Origin: Gammaproteobacteria bacterium
Lineage (GTDB): Bacteria > Pseudomonadota > Gammaproteobacteria > GCA-001735895
Direction of reading: 5' to 3'
Assembly: GCA_050298595.1 (NCBI GenBank)
Contig: JBNKUM010000030.1
Coordinates: 1 to 64,000, forward strand
DNA length: 64,000 nt
The position numbers and the translations under genes were made by a program. Every line of letters begins with the position of its first letter. Position 1 is the first letter of the stretch. Below the pieces are notes generated by a model. It did not search any database and had not been told where the DNA came from. It saw nothing but the letters and a program-made list of their open reading frames with translations. Positions 61,829-64,000 of the stretch are shown here, one piece after another.

Positions 61829-62314
61829 CTAATCGTCAATTCCAGCAACAGTTACCTGAGGTAATTGAGGGGTAGATAGTTCAGTATTGTTTTTTGGAGG
61901 CATGACAGTTGCTTCCCCCTGAGTAACAACTTCACCCCTTTGATTGAGTACTTTACAGTCAAGTACCACATACTGTCGTTTTTCAATTTTTTCTTTTACC
62001 GTTAAAACTGCAGTTAAGGTATCTCCAATCCGTACCGGTCGTTTAAATTTCAAATCCTGAGATATATAGACACTACCTGGCCCAGGCATAACCATACCGA
62101 TAACTGTAGAGATTAATCCCGCCGACCACATACCATGAGCAATACGAGTTTCAAAAAGCGTAGTCGCTGCATATTCGTCATCAAAATGAACAGGATTTAT
62201 ATCCCCACTAGTTTCACCGAACAGAACAATATCGCGTTCGGTTAATTGCCTGGTAAATCGACCTTCAGCACCAATCTCAAGGTCATCATATGTCTGTGGT
62301 TTTAATTTATTCAT
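61829..62314 (-). CDS. MaoC/PhaJ-type (R)-enoyl-CoA hydratase
   Basis: SGDINPVHFD..RIAHGMW..MPGPG motif. Confidence 0.9.
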   Translation of the reverse strand: MNKLKPQTYDDLEIGAEGRFTRQLTERDIVLFGETSGDINPVHFDDEYAATTLFETRIAHGMWSAGLISTVIGMVMPGPGSVYISQDLKFKRPVRIGDTLTAVLTVKEKIEKRQYVVLDCKVLNQRGEVVTQGEATVMPPKNNTELSTPQLPQVTVAGIDD

Positions 62315-62700
62315 AAATATTAAGGGTTTATTAAGTTCTTATGGTCAGATATTGATGGGAAAATAATCAATAGAGAACTCCTGCAAAACTATTGAATATT
62401 GCCAAAGGTATATTAACTTATGTTTATTTTGGCTGCTCATTAAAGTTATACGCAACCATTGAAATTCAATCATAACCCATTGAGTTGTGACATGCTCTAG
62501 CTACGATTCTGAACTGAGTATTCATGATAATGGGTAGTTTCATGATGCTAATTTCGTGCTTGCAGGCTACTCTTTTATTTCTTTCACTAAAGATAAAGTG
62601 AACCGTGTATGCTGCAACGCAATATATCACCGGGACAGACCATTAAATCCACTAATAAAACCCTTACATTTCAACAACTTAAAAAGTTAAAAATTTTTTG

Positions 62701-62729
62701 TTGACAAGCCCGATAAACAGGCCTATAAA
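62701..62729 (+). promoter_or_regulatory. Near-consensus sigma-70 promoter
   Basis: TTGACA, 17-bp spacer, TATAAA; AT-rich upstream region with an IHF-like TTTCAACAACTTA. Confidence 0.75.
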
Positions 62730-62759
62730 GCGCACATTCAGACAACAGATATTTAGCTT

Positions 62760-62810
62760 ATGAGTACAAAACAACTTACTTTTACACATTTTTTAACACA
62801 GGGGTTTTAA
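62760..62810 (+). CDS. Putative 16-aa leader peptide MSTKQLTFTHFLTQGF
   Basis: Short ORF between the promoter and an intrinsic terminator; weak RBS. Confidence 0.4.
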   Translation: MSTKQLTFTHFLTQGF

Positions 62811-62842
62811 CCCAGTCTGTTGTGGTTCTACTTCGATTTTTG

Positions 62843-62870
62843 AAGGGTCGCCACAGGCGGCCCTTTTTTA
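62843..62870 (+). terminator. Leader (attenuator-type) intrinsic terminator
   Basis: AAGGGTCGCC-ACA-GGCGGCCCTT stem followed by a U-tract. Confidence 0.8.
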
Positions 62871-62914
62871 TTTTTAACCTTAACTTTTTATTTTTACTTT
62901 TTTTGGAGACGATA

Positions 62915-63001
62915 ATGGAAAACAAAATGATTGTTCAAGTTGGTATGGCATACATTGGTGCTATCCTGGCTTTATCGATGGTTTCTGTGCTAGTTGCATA
63001 A
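62915..63001 (+). CDS. 28-aa single-TM small protein MENKMIVQVGMAYIGAILALSMVSVLVA
   Basis: GGAG RBS 6 nt upstream, hydrophobic helix, own terminator; below the ORF-track length cutoff. Confidence 0.7.
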   Translation: MENKMIVQVGMAYIGAILALSMVSVLVA

Positions 63002-63021
63002 TTAAGACAGAATACGCTATC

Positions 63022-63053
63022 AAAAAAGGCACCCTACTTAGGGTGCCTTTTTT
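63022..63053 (+). terminator. Intrinsic terminator after the small protein
   Basis: AAAAAAGGCACCCT-ACTT-AGGGTGCCTTTTTT. Confidence 0.85.
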
Positions 63054-63092
63054 ATTTGCAGCTAGAATAAACATCCTCAGTATCCTGAACTC

Positions 63093-63452
63093 CAGGGCCT
63101 GCTAACACGTGTTGATTGCCACTGCTGGAGGGCATTTTTTTCCAGCAAGGCAGAAGGCGCGCTGTGTAGTCATTCTACATAAGCAACTTATGTCCATGGA
63201 AGGACTGTATTTCGACAATGCAGGAGCAATTGTCGTGATAACGTAGCTGGGAGAAAAATGCCCCCAGCCCTTTAGGTTGTGGCTAAAAATGTGCCACTCG
63301 TTGTTGCCTACATGGACGTAGGTAAGGAGCGTGAGCAGGAGCGGAAGCTTTGCTCGTCGCTCATTTGGAATGACCAAACTTCGTTCCTCGCGCCTAGATT
63401 GGCACATTTTTAGCCACAACAGAGACAATCAAATTAGTGTTAACAGGCCCTG
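63093..63452. mobile_element. 360-bp MITE, with a solo end at 61798-61813
   Basis: TIRs CAGGGCCTGCTAACAC / GTGTTAACAGGCCCTG (1 mismatch). It contains the repeat unit also found at 44825-44918. AGGGCCTGTTAACACTA recurs at 61798. Confidence 0.8.
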
Positions 63453-63487
63453 ACCATCATGTAGAATACCGACTCTTCTTTTTCTGA

Positions 63488-64000
<513 letters not shown>

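Noticed and set aside
63102-63428. 108-aa ORF (similarly 39331-39657, 45014-45205 and 52101-52442)
   Set aside because: They lie within MITE, repeat or antisense sequence and have no recognisable motifs.

Overview
This is a chromosomal window from a marine-type gammaproteobacterium, judged from purB, yebC/yeeN, lemA-htpX and selD; the exact taxon cannot be fixed from the sequence. From left to right it holds: (1) a surface-glycan locus (DUF5060 protein, epimerase, GT4, GlpD-like FAD oxidoreductase, an oppositely oriented rmlACDB block, a GT2 pair); (2) IS1380, IS1595 and IS21 relics; (3) a complete Hyd-2-type hybOABCD-hypC-hybE hydrogenase operon with divergent selD; (4) a double-Cache/HAMP receptor with no output domain; (5) a Tat-exported Psr/Sre-type molybdoenzyme operon with its own TorD-like and HybE-like chaperones; (6) an alphaproteobacterial-style xylFHG transporter beside a CRTAC1/ASPIC protein; (7) a three-DnaA-box cluster with DARS-like geometry; (8) SulP, a diguanylate cyclase, lemA-htpX, a U32 protein, an AT-rich PLP enzyme, an MCP and mgrA; (9) a glucose ABC operon collapsed by deletions next to intact glk and a ROK repressor; (10) yebC, a MaoC hydratase and purB. 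Several MITE families and deletion-type pseudogenes are scattered throughout. The best candidates for undescribed biology are an unannotated promoter / switchable attenuator / 28-aa membrane peptide unit at about 62.7-63.05 kb, the output-less receptor with its small partner gene, the hydrogenase-selD-molybdoenzyme island, and the DARS-like element. All calls come from reading the sequence and recalled family motifs; no database searches were run.
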